The translations under genes were made by a program, and so were the position numbers. Below the pieces are notes generated by a model. That model had not been told where the DNA came from. It saw only the letters and a list, made by a program, of their open reading frames with translations, and ran no database searches. A stretch of DNA of 64,000 nucleotides from Deltaproteobacteria bacterium (GTDB taxonomy: Bacteria > Acidobacteriota > Thermoanaerobaculia > Multivoradales > JAHZIX01), in the NCBI GenBank assembly GCA_022601195.1, contig JAHZIX010000041.1, positions 102,668 through 166,667 of the forward strand, written 5' to 3'. Positions 54,119 through 63,633 of this stretch are shown piece after piece (position 1 is the stretch's first letter; every line of letters begins with the position of its first letter).

Positions 54119-56296
54119 CTATTCCGAGAGGTTCCAATCCTCGAGAGCTTCCGTCCAGTCGTTTTCCCAGGGCAGATCTTTCTCCCTTCTGCCCGAATCG
54201 ACACGGCAGTTGGGGCTCGAGTTCTTGGGGAAAGACCTGAGAGCACTCATCAACAGTCGCATGCGTAGGCCACCGTTGATCAGCCCAGCGGCGACGAAGT
54301 CATCCAAGGCCTGAACGACGCAGGCGAGATAGGGGCGAAAGGCCAGGTCTCCCTCGAAACTACAGGGAATCTCGGGGAAGACCACCGCCTCGCCGGCTCG
54401 AACATTGAACAGGCGATTGCGCACCCCGCCCGGCCATAGGACCTCAATGTGGCCCCCCTCCTGGGTCCCGGCACCGAAGTGAGCTTCGAGGGAATCTTGG
54501 GAAGCGTAGCTTGCTCCGCCCACGACCGGTCGCAGCACTTGCTTGCCGGTAGGCCGCGGTAGAAACTTGACGACTGCCCCGATGCCATCGCGATTGACCC
54601 GGCCTCGGCGAGTCAACCCTTTGGCTCCTACCAGGCGAACGCTCACCGAGCCGTTGCCATTGCCTCCCCCATTGAGCTCTACCGAGAGGGTGCCGTTGGG
54701 ATAGACGTTGCCATTCCAGACCGGTTGGCCCGAGTCGTCAGGCTCGAAGGTAGAAATGAAGGCAGCGGAACTATCGAAGGGAGAACCCAGGGGACGATGG
54801 GAGGTCAGCTGAAGCTCCGGCTGGATATCCAAATTCGACACCGTGACGATATCTACGAAGCCATTGCGATCCAGATCCCCCACAGCCACACCGTGGACCA
54901 CCCGGCGCTGATGATCCGTAGAGCCGGCCAAGGCGGCTTCATCCCAAATGAAGCTGCCCGAGCAAGCTTGGTTCTGTAGCAGAGCCCCAGCATTGGATAG
55001 CTCGATCCCCGGACCAACGTCATGGCCACCGTGGTAAATGATGTCGATATCGCCGTCGTTGTCGTAATCGAGAGTCGACGCACCCCAACCAAAGGGAGTG
55101 GTCACCAGGTCGCCAGCTCCCGAGTCCAGAAAGCTACCCCTCGTTCGCTGGAGAAACCAACGAGAAGGCTCGCGACCGGGTTGGGGAAGCCCTACGGGCA
55201 TGTAGTCGCCAAAATTGGAGGCAAAGAAATCCATTTGGCGGTCGCAGTCGAAATCGCCAAAGGCCAATCCCATCCAAGCTCCGGCTACAGCGGTACCCGC
55301 CTCGACGCTGATGTCCGTAAAGTGACCACTACCGTCGTTCTCGAACAGATGAAGCAGGCCTCGATCCACGCCCCCTTCGGCGGTTCGGGGCACTCCCCCT
55401 TGGTCGTCGGCGGTGAGGAGATCCAGGTCACCATCGAGATCGTAGTCCACCAGAGCCAACGCCCAAGTGATACCCGCAGAACCGGCCTGTTCCGGGGGGA
55501 ATCCAGCCAGGTTCTGAATCCCCGAATCGAAACTCAAATCAGCAAAGGTTCTGCCACCTTGATTGAGAAAAAGTTGGTTGTGTTGGTTGAGAGCGAAAGC
55601 CTCGAAGATGCCTCGGAAATGGGTCCAGTCGGTGAAGGTGTTGCCGACGACGATATCCAACAAGCCATCGTTGTTGACGTCCCCCATGGAACACCCCGAA
55701 GGATTGAGGGCACCGCCGCCCGTGGAGCTAGGAATCGTGATGTCCCGAAATCGGCCATCGCCTCGATTCTCGAACAGACGGTTGGGAGCGCCGTTGGTGA
55801 GCACGTAGAGATCGTGGTCCCCATCGTTGTCCAGATCACCAAAACAGACTCCCGTGGAGTCATCCTCCTCAGCCCCAACCCCCGCCAGGACGGCGACTTC
55901 GACGAAGGAAACAGCGCCGGTCTCGGCAAATTGGTTGGAGTAGAGGGAGTTCGGTTCCCCAGGCCCGTTGGTCACGTAGATATCGAGGTCGCTATCCCCA
56001 TCGAAATCCAGCAGGGCTACCCCGGGCGCACCCCGAGCCTTCATGGGCGTTGCCAAACGCGCCTCCTGGTCGTAGGGGGCACCGCTCTGTTTCAAGGCGT
56101 CGAAGGCGGCGTTGCTAGCGGAGGGAACCCGGCGATAGGTGATTCCTGCGCCATCATCGGCAGCTACGTCCAGGAACTGGACCCCACCGTCGGCCATGGC
56201 TACCAGCGGGATGCAGGCCCACACGGCTGCTGCTAGTCCGAGTCGGTTTTTCTTCGCAAAGGGAAATCGGGGCAAGGGAATTCTGTCCAACATCAT
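54119..56296 (-). CDS. CRTAC1-family protein (FG-GAP/VCBS repeats plus ASPIC/UnbV C-terminal domain), secreted
   Basis: Start taken at ATG 56296 (MMLDRIPLPRF...LGLAAAVWACIPLVAMA signal). Repeated FG-GAP-like Ca-binding motifs (LDFDGDSDLDIYV, FGDLDNDGDHDLYV, MGDVNNDGLLDIVV, VDYDLDGDLDLL, LDYDNDGDIDII). Confidence 0.75.
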   Translation of the reverse strand: MMLDRIPLPRFPFAKKNRLGLAAAVWACIPLVAMADGGVQFLDVAADDGAGITYRRVPSASNAAFDALKQSGAPYDQEARLATPMKARGAPGVALLDFDGDSDLDIYVTNGPGEPNSLYSNQFAETGAVSFVEVAVLAGVGAEEDDSTGVCFGDLDNDGDHDLYVLTNGAPNRLFENRGDGRFRDITIPSSTGGGALNPSGCSMGDVNNDGLLDIVVGNTFTDWTHFRGIFEAFALNQHNQLFLNQGGRTFADLSFDSGIQNLAGFPPEQAGSAGITWALALVDYDLDGDLDLLTADDQGGVPRTAEGGVDRGLLHLFENDGSGHFTDISVEAGTAVAGAWMGLAFGDFDCDRQMDFFASNFGDYMPVGLPQPGREPSRWFLQRTRGSFLDSGAGDLVTTPFGWGASTLDYDNDGDIDIIYHGGHDVGPGIELSNAGALLQNQACSGSFIWDEAALAGSTDHQRRVVHGVAVGDLDRNGFVDIVTVSNLDIQPELQLTSHRPLGSPFDSSAAFISTFEPDDSGQPVWNGNVYPNGTLSVELNGGGNGNGSVSVRLVGAKGLTRRGRVNRDGIGAVVKFLPRPTGKQVLRPVVGGASYASQDSLEAHFGAGTQEGGHIEVLWPGGVRNRLFNVRAGEAVVFPEIPCSFEGDLAFRPYLACVVQALDDFVAAGLINGGLRMRLLMSALRSFPKNSSPNCRVDSGRREKDLPWENDWTEALEDWNLSE

Positions 56297-56737
56297 CCAT
56301 ACCTCATCGAGAGCCAAATGCTCGAAGGAAAGATCCCTCGAGCTCCTCCAGCAAAACAACACATCTCCGGTAGTGGTGGACCTACAAAAGCTATTCAAAT
56401 CATAGCAGGAGAGACATTCCCCCCATTGCGCACTCCACCGAATCAAGTCACACGGAAGCAGCCCACCAGGGATGGATCCGCCCGGAGACCGGGCCCACGC
56501 TCCAAGTCTCTCCGGTGGAGCGGCTCTCTTTTCCAGGTAAGAGCTAGGTCTTTCAGATGAGAGCCGGATCTTCTAGCTAAAAGCCGGGCCTTCCAATTGG
56601 CCACCCAGCTTCCCGGTGATAGCCCCCCACTTAGAAGCGTCTCGGCCTTCGACGGATCGGAGCTACCGAGAAACAACACAGCCCGCCGTATCCCTAGCCG
56701 GGAACGGCGGGCCGAAAGGACTCAGACCGGGCTCATA

Positions 56738-58579
56738 TTAGAGACCGGGCTGGGCACACAGGGTGTAGGAGACGTTCGTCCCACTGAAGCCGACGATACG
56801 CCACCGGTAGTTGCCGGAGGCACCGCTGTAGCTGATCGCCTCAGTGGAAGAAGCGCTGGTGCTACTGGCCACAGCAGCCCAACTACAGCTCCACCAGCTG
56901 CAGCTCTCCAGGTCCAAATACAGATCGACGTCCGGACCGGAGCCAGTCATGGTTGCGGTGAAGGAACCACTGGCCGAGGCGCCAGCACTCACCTGGGTCG
57001 CGCCGGCGCTGATCGTGCCAGCGTAGACGGTGGATCCCGGTGCACAGCCGGTTGGAGGCGGCGGGCCACCACCGGGAACGCCGACTGCGTCCCAGGCTGC
57101 TTGAACAGCGTTGACTTCCGTGGTGCCGTAAAGGTCACTAGCAGCCGAAGCCGTCGCGTTGCGCGCCGCCTGGAAGTTGGAGCTGGCGGTCAAGTAGGTG
57201 GTCTGGGCCCGGTAGAAGATCTGCTCCGCCTTGGCGATACCAATGGCCGGCACGCTGACGGTGGTCTTGCCACGGGGGTGAGTGCCACCCTGGCTTAGCA
57301 GGTAGAAGGCCAAGTTTGCGATGCCGGAGTTCCAGTGCACACCACCGTTGTCAGCGGAGCCCGTGTAGCGTTCCGGGTAGTAGTCCCGGGAGCTTCCATC
57401 TTGGGTTGGGTTGTTCATATACCGCAGGGCATCACCGGCGGTGCCAGGAGTCCAGGTCGACTCGCCGAGCTTCCAGGTATTCGAGTTGACACCGCCATCT
57501 CGCCAGGCTTCGGCGCCGGCGGCGAAAATGTCCGACCAACCCTCGTTGAGCGCTCCCGATTCATTCTGATAAATCAGGTTGGACTCGTTGGTGGTGACCG
57601 CGTGAGTGAATTCGTGGACCACGATGTCGAAGGCATTGCCCAAAGGTCCGGAGTTGACTCCATCACCGTCGCCGTAGACGAGCTGAGAGCCATTCCAGAA
57701 GGCGTTCACATAGTTGTTGAGGTGATGGGCGGTGGAGCGAATGGTCGATCCGCCGCCGGTGTAGGAATCGCGGCCGAAGCGGGCATTGTAGTAGTCCCAA
57801 GTCAAACCGGCGTTGTCATGAATGGCCTGCTCGATGGCATCGCTACAGGTTCCACCGTTGGTGCAACGCAGGGTGCCCGGCAATGCCGAACCGTTGTTGC
57901 CGTCGTAGGTCTGCCAGCTCTTGGCAGGATGAATGGTGGGGTGCCGGGCTACGATGGCCCCGGTCTTGGCACTGGAGAAGATCCAGTCCACGGCGTAACC
58001 GTCTGCACTGTTGTATTCCACCAAGGTCCGCCAGGCCAGATGCGGCTGGTCGTCGCTTCCCAGGACGTACACCAGATCGGTTTCGCTGAGCACGGAACCG
58101 ACCTCGAAATCACCCTGGGCGAGGGACGTGCTGAGGGCGTCCGCTGCAGGCACATTCGCCTCTCGAGGGAGGCCCTTGTCCGCCATAAAGCGGCCGTTGA
58201 CCGCGTAAACCTGACCGCTACCTTGACGAGCGTGGACGATGAGCTCCGCTCCAACCACCGGCAAGCCGGCGATCTTCTGGCTCACGCGCACATGGAAAGT
58301 TCCCAGGCGGTCGCGGCGAATGCCCGTGGCGATGAGCTCCTCGGTACCCGCAGCGCCAAAGCTATCAACGACCATGCCCTGGAGAAAATCTACCGCGGCA
58401 AGGCGACGGTTACGCTCTACCAGCACTCCCAGATTTCCTTTGATGAAGGTGGGGTTGCCTTGTAAGTCCGTCGCCAGCACCTCGGTGTCCAGTGGTGCTC
58501 CCCCGGCCGCCTGAGCGACTGGAGCAGCGAAGATCAGCACGAGGGCCGCCAACGCGATTCCTGTGATGGTGAGTTTCAT
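56738..58579 (-). CDS. secreted M4 (thermolysin-like) zinc metallopeptidase with C-terminal PPC-like domain
   Basis: Start ATG 58579 with GGAGGA RBS; signal peptide MKLTITGIALAALVLIFAAPVAQA. Zinc site VVHEFTHAV and third ligand motif GALNEGWSDIF. FTLN-propeptide-like N-region. Confidence 0.85.
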   Translation of the reverse strand: MKLTITGIALAALVLIFAAPVAQAAGGAPLDTEVLATDLQGNPTFIKGNLGVLVERNRRLAAVDFLQGMVVDSFGAAGTEELIATGIRRDRLGTFHVRVSQKIAGLPVVGAELIVHARQGSGQVYAVNGRFMADKGLPREANVPAADALSTSLAQGDFEVGSVLSETDLVYVLGSDDQPHLAWRTLVEYNSADGYAVDWIFSSAKTGAIVARHPTIHPAKSWQTYDGNNGSALPGTLRCTNGGTCSDAIEQAIHDNAGLTWDYYNARFGRDSYTGGGSTIRSTAHHLNNYVNAFWNGSQLVYGDGDGVNSGPLGNAFDIVVHEFTHAVTTNESNLIYQNESGALNEGWSDIFAAGAEAWRDGGVNSNTWKLGESTWTPGTAGDALRYMNNPTQDGSSRDYYPERYTGSADNGGVHWNSGIANLAFYLLSQGGTHPRGKTTVSVPAIGIAKAEQIFYRAQTTYLTASSNFQAARNATASAASDLYGTTEVNAVQAAWDAVGVPGGGPPPPTGCAPGSTVYAGTISAGATQVSAGASASGSFTATMTGSGPDVDLYLDLESCSWWSCSWAAVASSTSASSTEAISYSGASGNYRWRIVGFSGTNVSYTLCAQPGL

Positions 58580-59118
58580 CCTTCCTCCTCTATCGAGGCC
58601 GGTCGAGCCGAATAGCTCTTCCGGCATTCATGGGAAGTGGCCACCGACAGTCGGGGCCACCAAGAACTCCTCGCGGACAGACCCCCTAACGGGCCTGGTC
58701 AACGAAGGGAGATTAGGTTGCGAAAAGAGACCAAAGGCCGTGGATGGTGCTGGTCTCCAAAATCGACCCACGGCGCAAACGGCCTGGATTGGGTCGAAGT
58801 ACAGCCCCTCTATGCGCAAGGAAGCGCTAGGGGGCCGAGAGCTTGGGCGCCTGGAACTACACATAAAAAAAGTAGTAGCGAACAAAAACAACAATATTTC
58901 AAATCATCGTAAGATGCCAATAAGTACCCGAATTATAGCCCCACCGATAGAAATTGCAACATTAAACATCTTCTTTTTAGGAAACCGGAGACTCTAGGGA
59001 ACTTTCAGGAGCAGCGAGAGGCAGCCAGGATTCTGTGATTCCAAGGTCAAGTAGTCATCGAGGCACCGACGACGGACGATTCCCCTATCGGCGGGACTCA
59101 CTCATCACGGGGCTTCAC

Positions 59119-60018
59119 TTAGTCGTCGTCCTCATCGTCATCATCGTCATCGCTGTCGTCGTCATCGGGTGAGGGTTCGGTACGATTCAAGTACCCAACA
59201 TCGATCCAGTTTGGGATTCCCGGCGCTGCAAAGCTATCTAGCTCGTTGAGAATGCCATCGCCATCTGTGTCAGCATCGGCCAGGTTGGAGAGGCCATCGC
59301 CATCGATGTCTTCGTCATCTGGGTTGATAACCCCGTCACCATCCACATCGTCATCGAAGATATTGTCGAAACCATCGCCATCGACGTCGTCGTCCACAGC
59401 ATTCTCCTGGCCATCCCCATCCACATCGTCATCCAAACCATTGTCCAAACCATCGTTGTCCGCATCCGGATCCATCAGATTCGGCATTCCATCCTGGTCG
59501 GTATCCGGCGCTCCCTTGAGCACCCTGTAGAAATATTGGTTGATGGCCGCGTTTAAGTAGTTGATGCGAAATAGAGCAGTCTGCGGGTCGACCTCGGCCG
59601 AAAGGATCATCTGTTCGACGGTCTCTCCCGCGTCAACCCGCAACTGAATTTCGCTAAGCGGCAAACCAAGTAACCGAGAGGCCATGGCTTCAGCGGCCAA
59701 ATCCTGAATGGGGTGCCTTGCGGAGTCCAACTGCTCCCGAGTCGCGCCCGTATGAGACGAGATCAAATAGTAGATCGGCGCGAGGCTGACCTCTTGGTGC
59801 ATATTGCGGGTCGCTCGGGTGACGCGCAGCCGTAAGTCTCTCAGCACTGCATCGACTTGGGGGAGACAAGCCGTAACGGTGGGTGTTTCCTGGGCTCCCG
59901 CACCGGGGGCGACAGCGAAAGGAATCAATCCAAGGGCAAGCCAGCTCAGCGAGGCTGCCCATGCCAAAGGAACCATTCGGCGATGGAAGAACTGAGTGTC
60001 ACCATGCTCTCTGGTCAT
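59119..60018 (-). CDS. secreted protein with TSP3-like calcium-binding Asp-rich repeats and poly-acidic C-terminal tail
   Basis: ATG 60018 preceded by GGGAGGA. Hydrophobic signal region LAWAASLSWLALGLIPFAVAPGAGAQE. Seven or more DxDxDGxxD repeats (DTDQDGMPN, DADNDGLDN, DVDGDGQEN, DVDGDGFDN, DVDGDGVIN, DIDGDGLSN, DTDGDGILN). Ends ...PDDDDSDDDDDDEDDD*. Confidence 0.7.
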   Translation of the reverse strand: MTREHGDTQFFHRRMVPLAWAASLSWLALGLIPFAVAPGAGAQETPTVTACLPQVDAVLRDLRLRVTRATRNMHQEVSLAPIYYLISSHTGATREQLDSARHPIQDLAAEAMASRLLGLPLSEIQLRVDAGETVEQMILSAEVDPQTALFRINYLNAAINQYFYRVLKGAPDTDQDGMPNLMDPDADNDGLDNGLDDDVDGDGQENAVDDDVDGDGFDNIFDDDVDGDGVINPDDEDIDGDGLSNLADADTDGDGILNELDSFAAPGIPNWIDVGYLNRTEPSPDDDDSDDDDDDEDDD

Positions 60019-60288
60019 GCCAATTTCCTCCCTCGATCGTCACCCTCAAGACGCAGTGCCCGTCGAGAAGTCGTGCCGATCCAAAACAGTCTCTAGAACG
60101 CTCCATGATTTCCCTGGCAACCTTCCTAGGGCTACCAGGGTAGCCCCCACAGATGAACCCAAAATGAATGACTCCGGAAAAGCAGCTGAGCATCTCTGCA
60201 CCGAGCGTCGGAGTCGTCCTCACCCGATCTCTGAACCCATAGCGAGCGAAGGGCGAATCGGAATCAGAAAGAGCTTCCCCAAAAACTC

Positions 60289-60966
60289 CTACCCCGGATT
60301 CACAGCCAAGCGGTAGCCCACCCCTTTGACGGTTTGGATCAACTTCTGATCCGTGAGCTTTCCAACCTTGCTCCGCAGACGATGAATGAAGACTTCCACA
60401 ACGTTGGTCATAGGGTCGAAGTTGACCTCCCACACTTTCTCCAGCAGTCGCGCCCGCGGTACGACGGCACCTTGATGACGCAACAAATACTCCAATACGT
60501 CAAACTCCCTAGCCGACAGACGCAAGGGGAAGTCAGCAACCTGGACTCTGCGCTTATCCGGGTTCATGGCCAAATCACCAGCCCGCAGCCAAGCGGTGGC
60601 TGGACGAGCGCTCCGGCGAACCAAACTTCTCACCCGTGCTTTGAGCTCCGTAAACTCGAAGGGCTTGGCAAGATAGTCATCTGCCCCAGCATCGAGCCCC
60701 CCTACCCGATCTTCCATAGACGACCGAGCTGTCAGCACGAGCACCGGTGTTAGGCTCCCTTCCTGACGCCAGCGCCTGAGTAATTCCAGTCCCGTGGGCG
60801 GTGGAATATTGCGATCCAGGATCACCCCGTCATACTCATTGACGATCATCAGCTCGGCGGCGGTGTCGCCATCCCGTGCCAGGTCGACCGCATAGAGTTC
60901 CTCGCGTAGCTCCTCAGCCACGGCATCTCCAAGGTTTCGATCGTCTTCTACGAGGAGAATTCTCAC
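60289..60966 (-). CDS. OmpR-family two-component response regulator (receiver + winged-helix)
   Basis: MRILLVEDDRNLGDAVAEEL...D...LDRNIPPPTGLELLRRWRQEG...PVLVLTAR receiver domain; C-terminal trans_reg_C (LTAREFDVLEYLLRHQGAVVPRARLLEKVW...YRL). Confidence 0.9.
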   Translation of the reverse strand: MRILLVEDDRNLGDAVAEELREELYAVDLARDGDTAAELMIVNEYDGVILDRNIPPPTGLELLRRWRQEGSLTPVLVLTARSSMEDRVGGLDAGADDYLAKPFEFTELKARVRSLVRRSARPATAWLRAGDLAMNPDKRRVQVADFPLRLSAREFDVLEYLLRHQGAVVPRARLLEKVWEVNFDPMTNVVEVFIHRLRSKVGKLTDQKLIQTVKGVGYRLAVNPG

Positions 60967-61051
60967 TGTCTGGGGCCTTTCTCTAGCGAGTTACCTAGCT
61001 GAGTTCTTTCAGTTCCAAAAAACAACATCAAAGGTAAAGTCAGAAGTCGAC

Positions 61052-61729
61052 CTATGGCTCTTCACTGACCAAGCGGTACCCCACTCCCTTGACCGTCTCG
61101 ATCAACTTGTGGTCGGAATATCGCTGGATCTTCTGCCGCAACCGATGTATCAATACATCGACCACATTGGTAAGTGAGTCGAAAGTGGAATCCCAGGCAT
61201 GCTCGATCAACTCACCCCGAGAGATCACCTCCCCGCGGCGAGCCAACAGATACTCCAGCAGAGCGAATTCTTTCCCCGAAAGCTGAATGAGCTCACCGGA
61301 CACGCGTACCTCTCGCAGGGGTCGGTTCATCGACAGGACACCGGACCGGAGGGGAGAGTACATCGGTCTTTCCCCTCGTCGCAGTAGGCTACGGACTCGA
61401 GCCATCAGCTCAGAGAATTTGAATGGTTTTGCCAGATAGTCGTCGGCCCCCGCGTCCAAGCCGACAACACGCTCTTCCAAAGATCCTCGTGCAGTCACCA
61501 TGAGAACCGGCGTTTCTCGACCTTCGGCTCTCCAGGAGCGCAACAGCTCCAACCCGGTAGGGGAGGGAATCTGATCATCCAAGACAACGCCATCGTATTG
61601 GGTACACGACATCATCTTGGCAGCACTACTGCCGTCGACTACCAGATCCACCGTATAGCTCGTCTCTCTGAGCTCTTCTGCGATGGCGACCCCTAGAGTC
61701 CGATCGTCTTCGACTAGAAGAATTCTCAT
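61052..61729 (-). CDS. OmpR-family two-component response regulator (tandem paralogue)
   Basis: Same architecture and length (225 aa) as the gene at 60289..60966; roughly 60% identical by eye (MRILLVEDDRTLGVAIAEELRETSYTVDLVVDG...). Confidence 0.9.
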   Translation of the reverse strand: MRILLVEDDRTLGVAIAEELRETSYTVDLVVDGSSAAKMMSCTQYDGVVLDDQIPSPTGLELLRSWRAEGRETPVLMVTARGSLEERVVGLDAGADDYLAKPFKFSELMARVRSLLRRGERPMYSPLRSGVLSMNRPLREVRVSGELIQLSGKEFALLEYLLARRGEVISRGELIEHAWDSTFDSLTNVVDVLIHRLRQKIQRYSDHKLIETVKGVGYRLVSEEP

Positions 61730-62134
61730 ACCCCGTCCTCCTCTACCTTTCCCGTGACCTGCGAGCCCCTCCCAGTCGCCCCGAAACAGATACCCACCTT
61801 GCTTAGCTACTCGAGGCGACCGAATCCTTCGCCTCGAGCAGAATTACCTGAATCCGACCCCCACCTCGACCTCGACTCGACCTAGAACGTCCCCGGGTAA
61901 CAACACGAATCACACTGGGAAACCTGGAACTACCAGAGGTCTAGCACCTATTCCTGAAAGCAAATTTTTCTTAAATAGAACACCCTAGCGACGCTCCGAA
62001 TTCTGCTTCACGGCTGTAGATCTCCTCGCCAGGAAACCATCTCCGATTGGATTGCCGGTCCCCACCCCAAAAGTGAGCCGTTAATGCTCTGTTCATCTGC
62101 TCTTCGCTATGTTGCACCTGGATTTGGAGATCCT

Positions 62135-63607
62135 ATGAAGAGCACTTTGAACAGACCTATCACCACACTCAGCCTGCTCGTGAGCGCCTGTCTTTTCTCG
62201 ACGGCTGTTATCTCTGAAGAGACCAACAAAAACCCCCATGGGAACCTCCGTTCGGAATGCAGTGACTGCCATAGCACTTCCGGGTGGTCTCCATTGATAG
62301 AGCCTCTCCTCTTTCAGCACTCCTCGACGAATTTCCCTCTCTATGGCGCCCATGCGACGACTGGATGTAACGAGTGCCACGGAGACCTTGACTTCTCAAA
62401 GACCGATTCCAATTGCTTTAGTTGCCATGAAGCCGAGTTCCAAAACGCCACCGACCCAGACCACAGCGACTTCCAAGGCATCTCCATCACCTGCGAAGAC
62501 TGTCATTCCGAAATCGCTTGGGAACCGGCAAACTTCGATCACGATTCCACGAGCTTCCAATTACGAGGATCCCACCGAACTACGACCTGCGCCGCCTGTC
62601 ACGAGGATGGCTACGTTGGAACACCCTCCGATTGTTTCTCTTGTCACCTAGCAGACTTTGACGGAGCCACCGATCCGGACCACCAAGCATTTCCCATCAC
62701 CTGTGAAGACTGCCATGCTGAAAACACTTGGAATTCTGCAGTTTTCGATCACAACGCCACCGCCTTTCCCCTGCGGGGTGCTCACCAAGCCGCTGACTGT
62801 GCTTCTTGTCACCGCGACGGGTTCGCAGGCACTCCCACTGATTGTTTTTCCTGCCACCAGGCGGACTTCGACGGAGCCACCGATCCGGACCACCTGGGCT
62901 TCCCCACTACCTGCGAAGATTGTCATTCCGAAAGTGCCTGGGAGCCCGCCAACTTCGATCACAACCTGACAGCGTTTCCTTTGAATGGAGCCCATCGCAG
63001 TCTCGACTGCCTGGCCTGCCACGGAGATGGCTACCAGGGAACTCCCACCAACTGTTTCTCCTGTCACCAGGCGGACTACGAGGGAGCCACCGATCCGGAT
63101 CACCGAGGCTTCCCCACTACCTGCGAAGACTGTCATTCCGAAAGTGCCTGGGAACCCGCTAGCTTCGATCACAACCTGACGGCGTTTCCTTTGGATGGTG
63201 CCCACCGCAGCCTCGATTGCCTGGCTTGCCACGAAGATGGCTACCAAGGCACCCCCACTGACTGCTTCTCTTGTCACCAGAACGATTACCAGCGAACCGA
63301 CGATCCTGATCACATCGCCGCCGGATTCCCCACCACCTGTGAGGACTGCCATAACACCAGCGATTGGGACGACACCGACTGGGATCACGACGACTTCTTC
63401 CCCATCTATTCGGGGAATCACCGTCGAGGCAGAGCCTGGACAACCTGTGAACAATGCCACGTCAGCCCAGGAAACTATCGTCATTTCGAGTGCATCGAAT
63501 GTCATGAGCACAACCGTTCCCGCATGGACAATGAACATCGCGGCATCGGTGGCTACCGATATGAAAGCCAGGCTTGCTTCAGCTGTCACCCAGATGGGGA
63601 TGACTAG
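62135..63607 (+). CDS. multihaem c-type cytochrome (about 19 CxxCH) built of repeated trihaem modules
   Basis: Start ATG 62135 with GGAG RBS; signal peptide MKSTLNRPITTLSLLVSACLFSTAVISEE. 19 CxxCH motifs. A module (FDHNxTAFPLxGAHxxxDCxxCHxDGYxGTPTxCFSCHQADFxGATDPDHxxFPTTCEDCHSExAWEPA) recurs about 5 times, with near-identical nucleotide copies at 62900-62950 and 63110-63160. Confidence 0.9.
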   Translation: MKSTLNRPITTLSLLVSACLFSTAVISEETNKNPHGNLRSECSDCHSTSGWSPLIEPLLFQHSSTNFPLYGAHATTGCNECHGDLDFSKTDSNCFSCHEAEFQNATDPDHSDFQGISITCEDCHSEIAWEPANFDHDSTSFQLRGSHRTTTCAACHEDGYVGTPSDCFSCHLADFDGATDPDHQAFPITCEDCHAENTWNSAVFDHNATAFPLRGAHQAADCASCHRDGFAGTPTDCFSCHQADFDGATDPDHLGFPTTCEDCHSESAWEPANFDHNLTAFPLNGAHRSLDCLACHGDGYQGTPTNCFSCHQADYEGATDPDHRGFPTTCEDCHSESAWEPASFDHNLTAFPLDGAHRSLDCLACHEDGYQGTPTDCFSCHQNDYQRTDDPDHIAAGFPTTCEDCHNTSDWDDTDWDHDDFFPIYSGNHRRGRAWTTCEQCHVSPGNYRHFECIECHEHNRSRMDNEHRGIGGYRYESQACFSCHPDGDD

Positions 63608-63633
63608 CCCTTGCCTAGATGGGAGACAAGATC

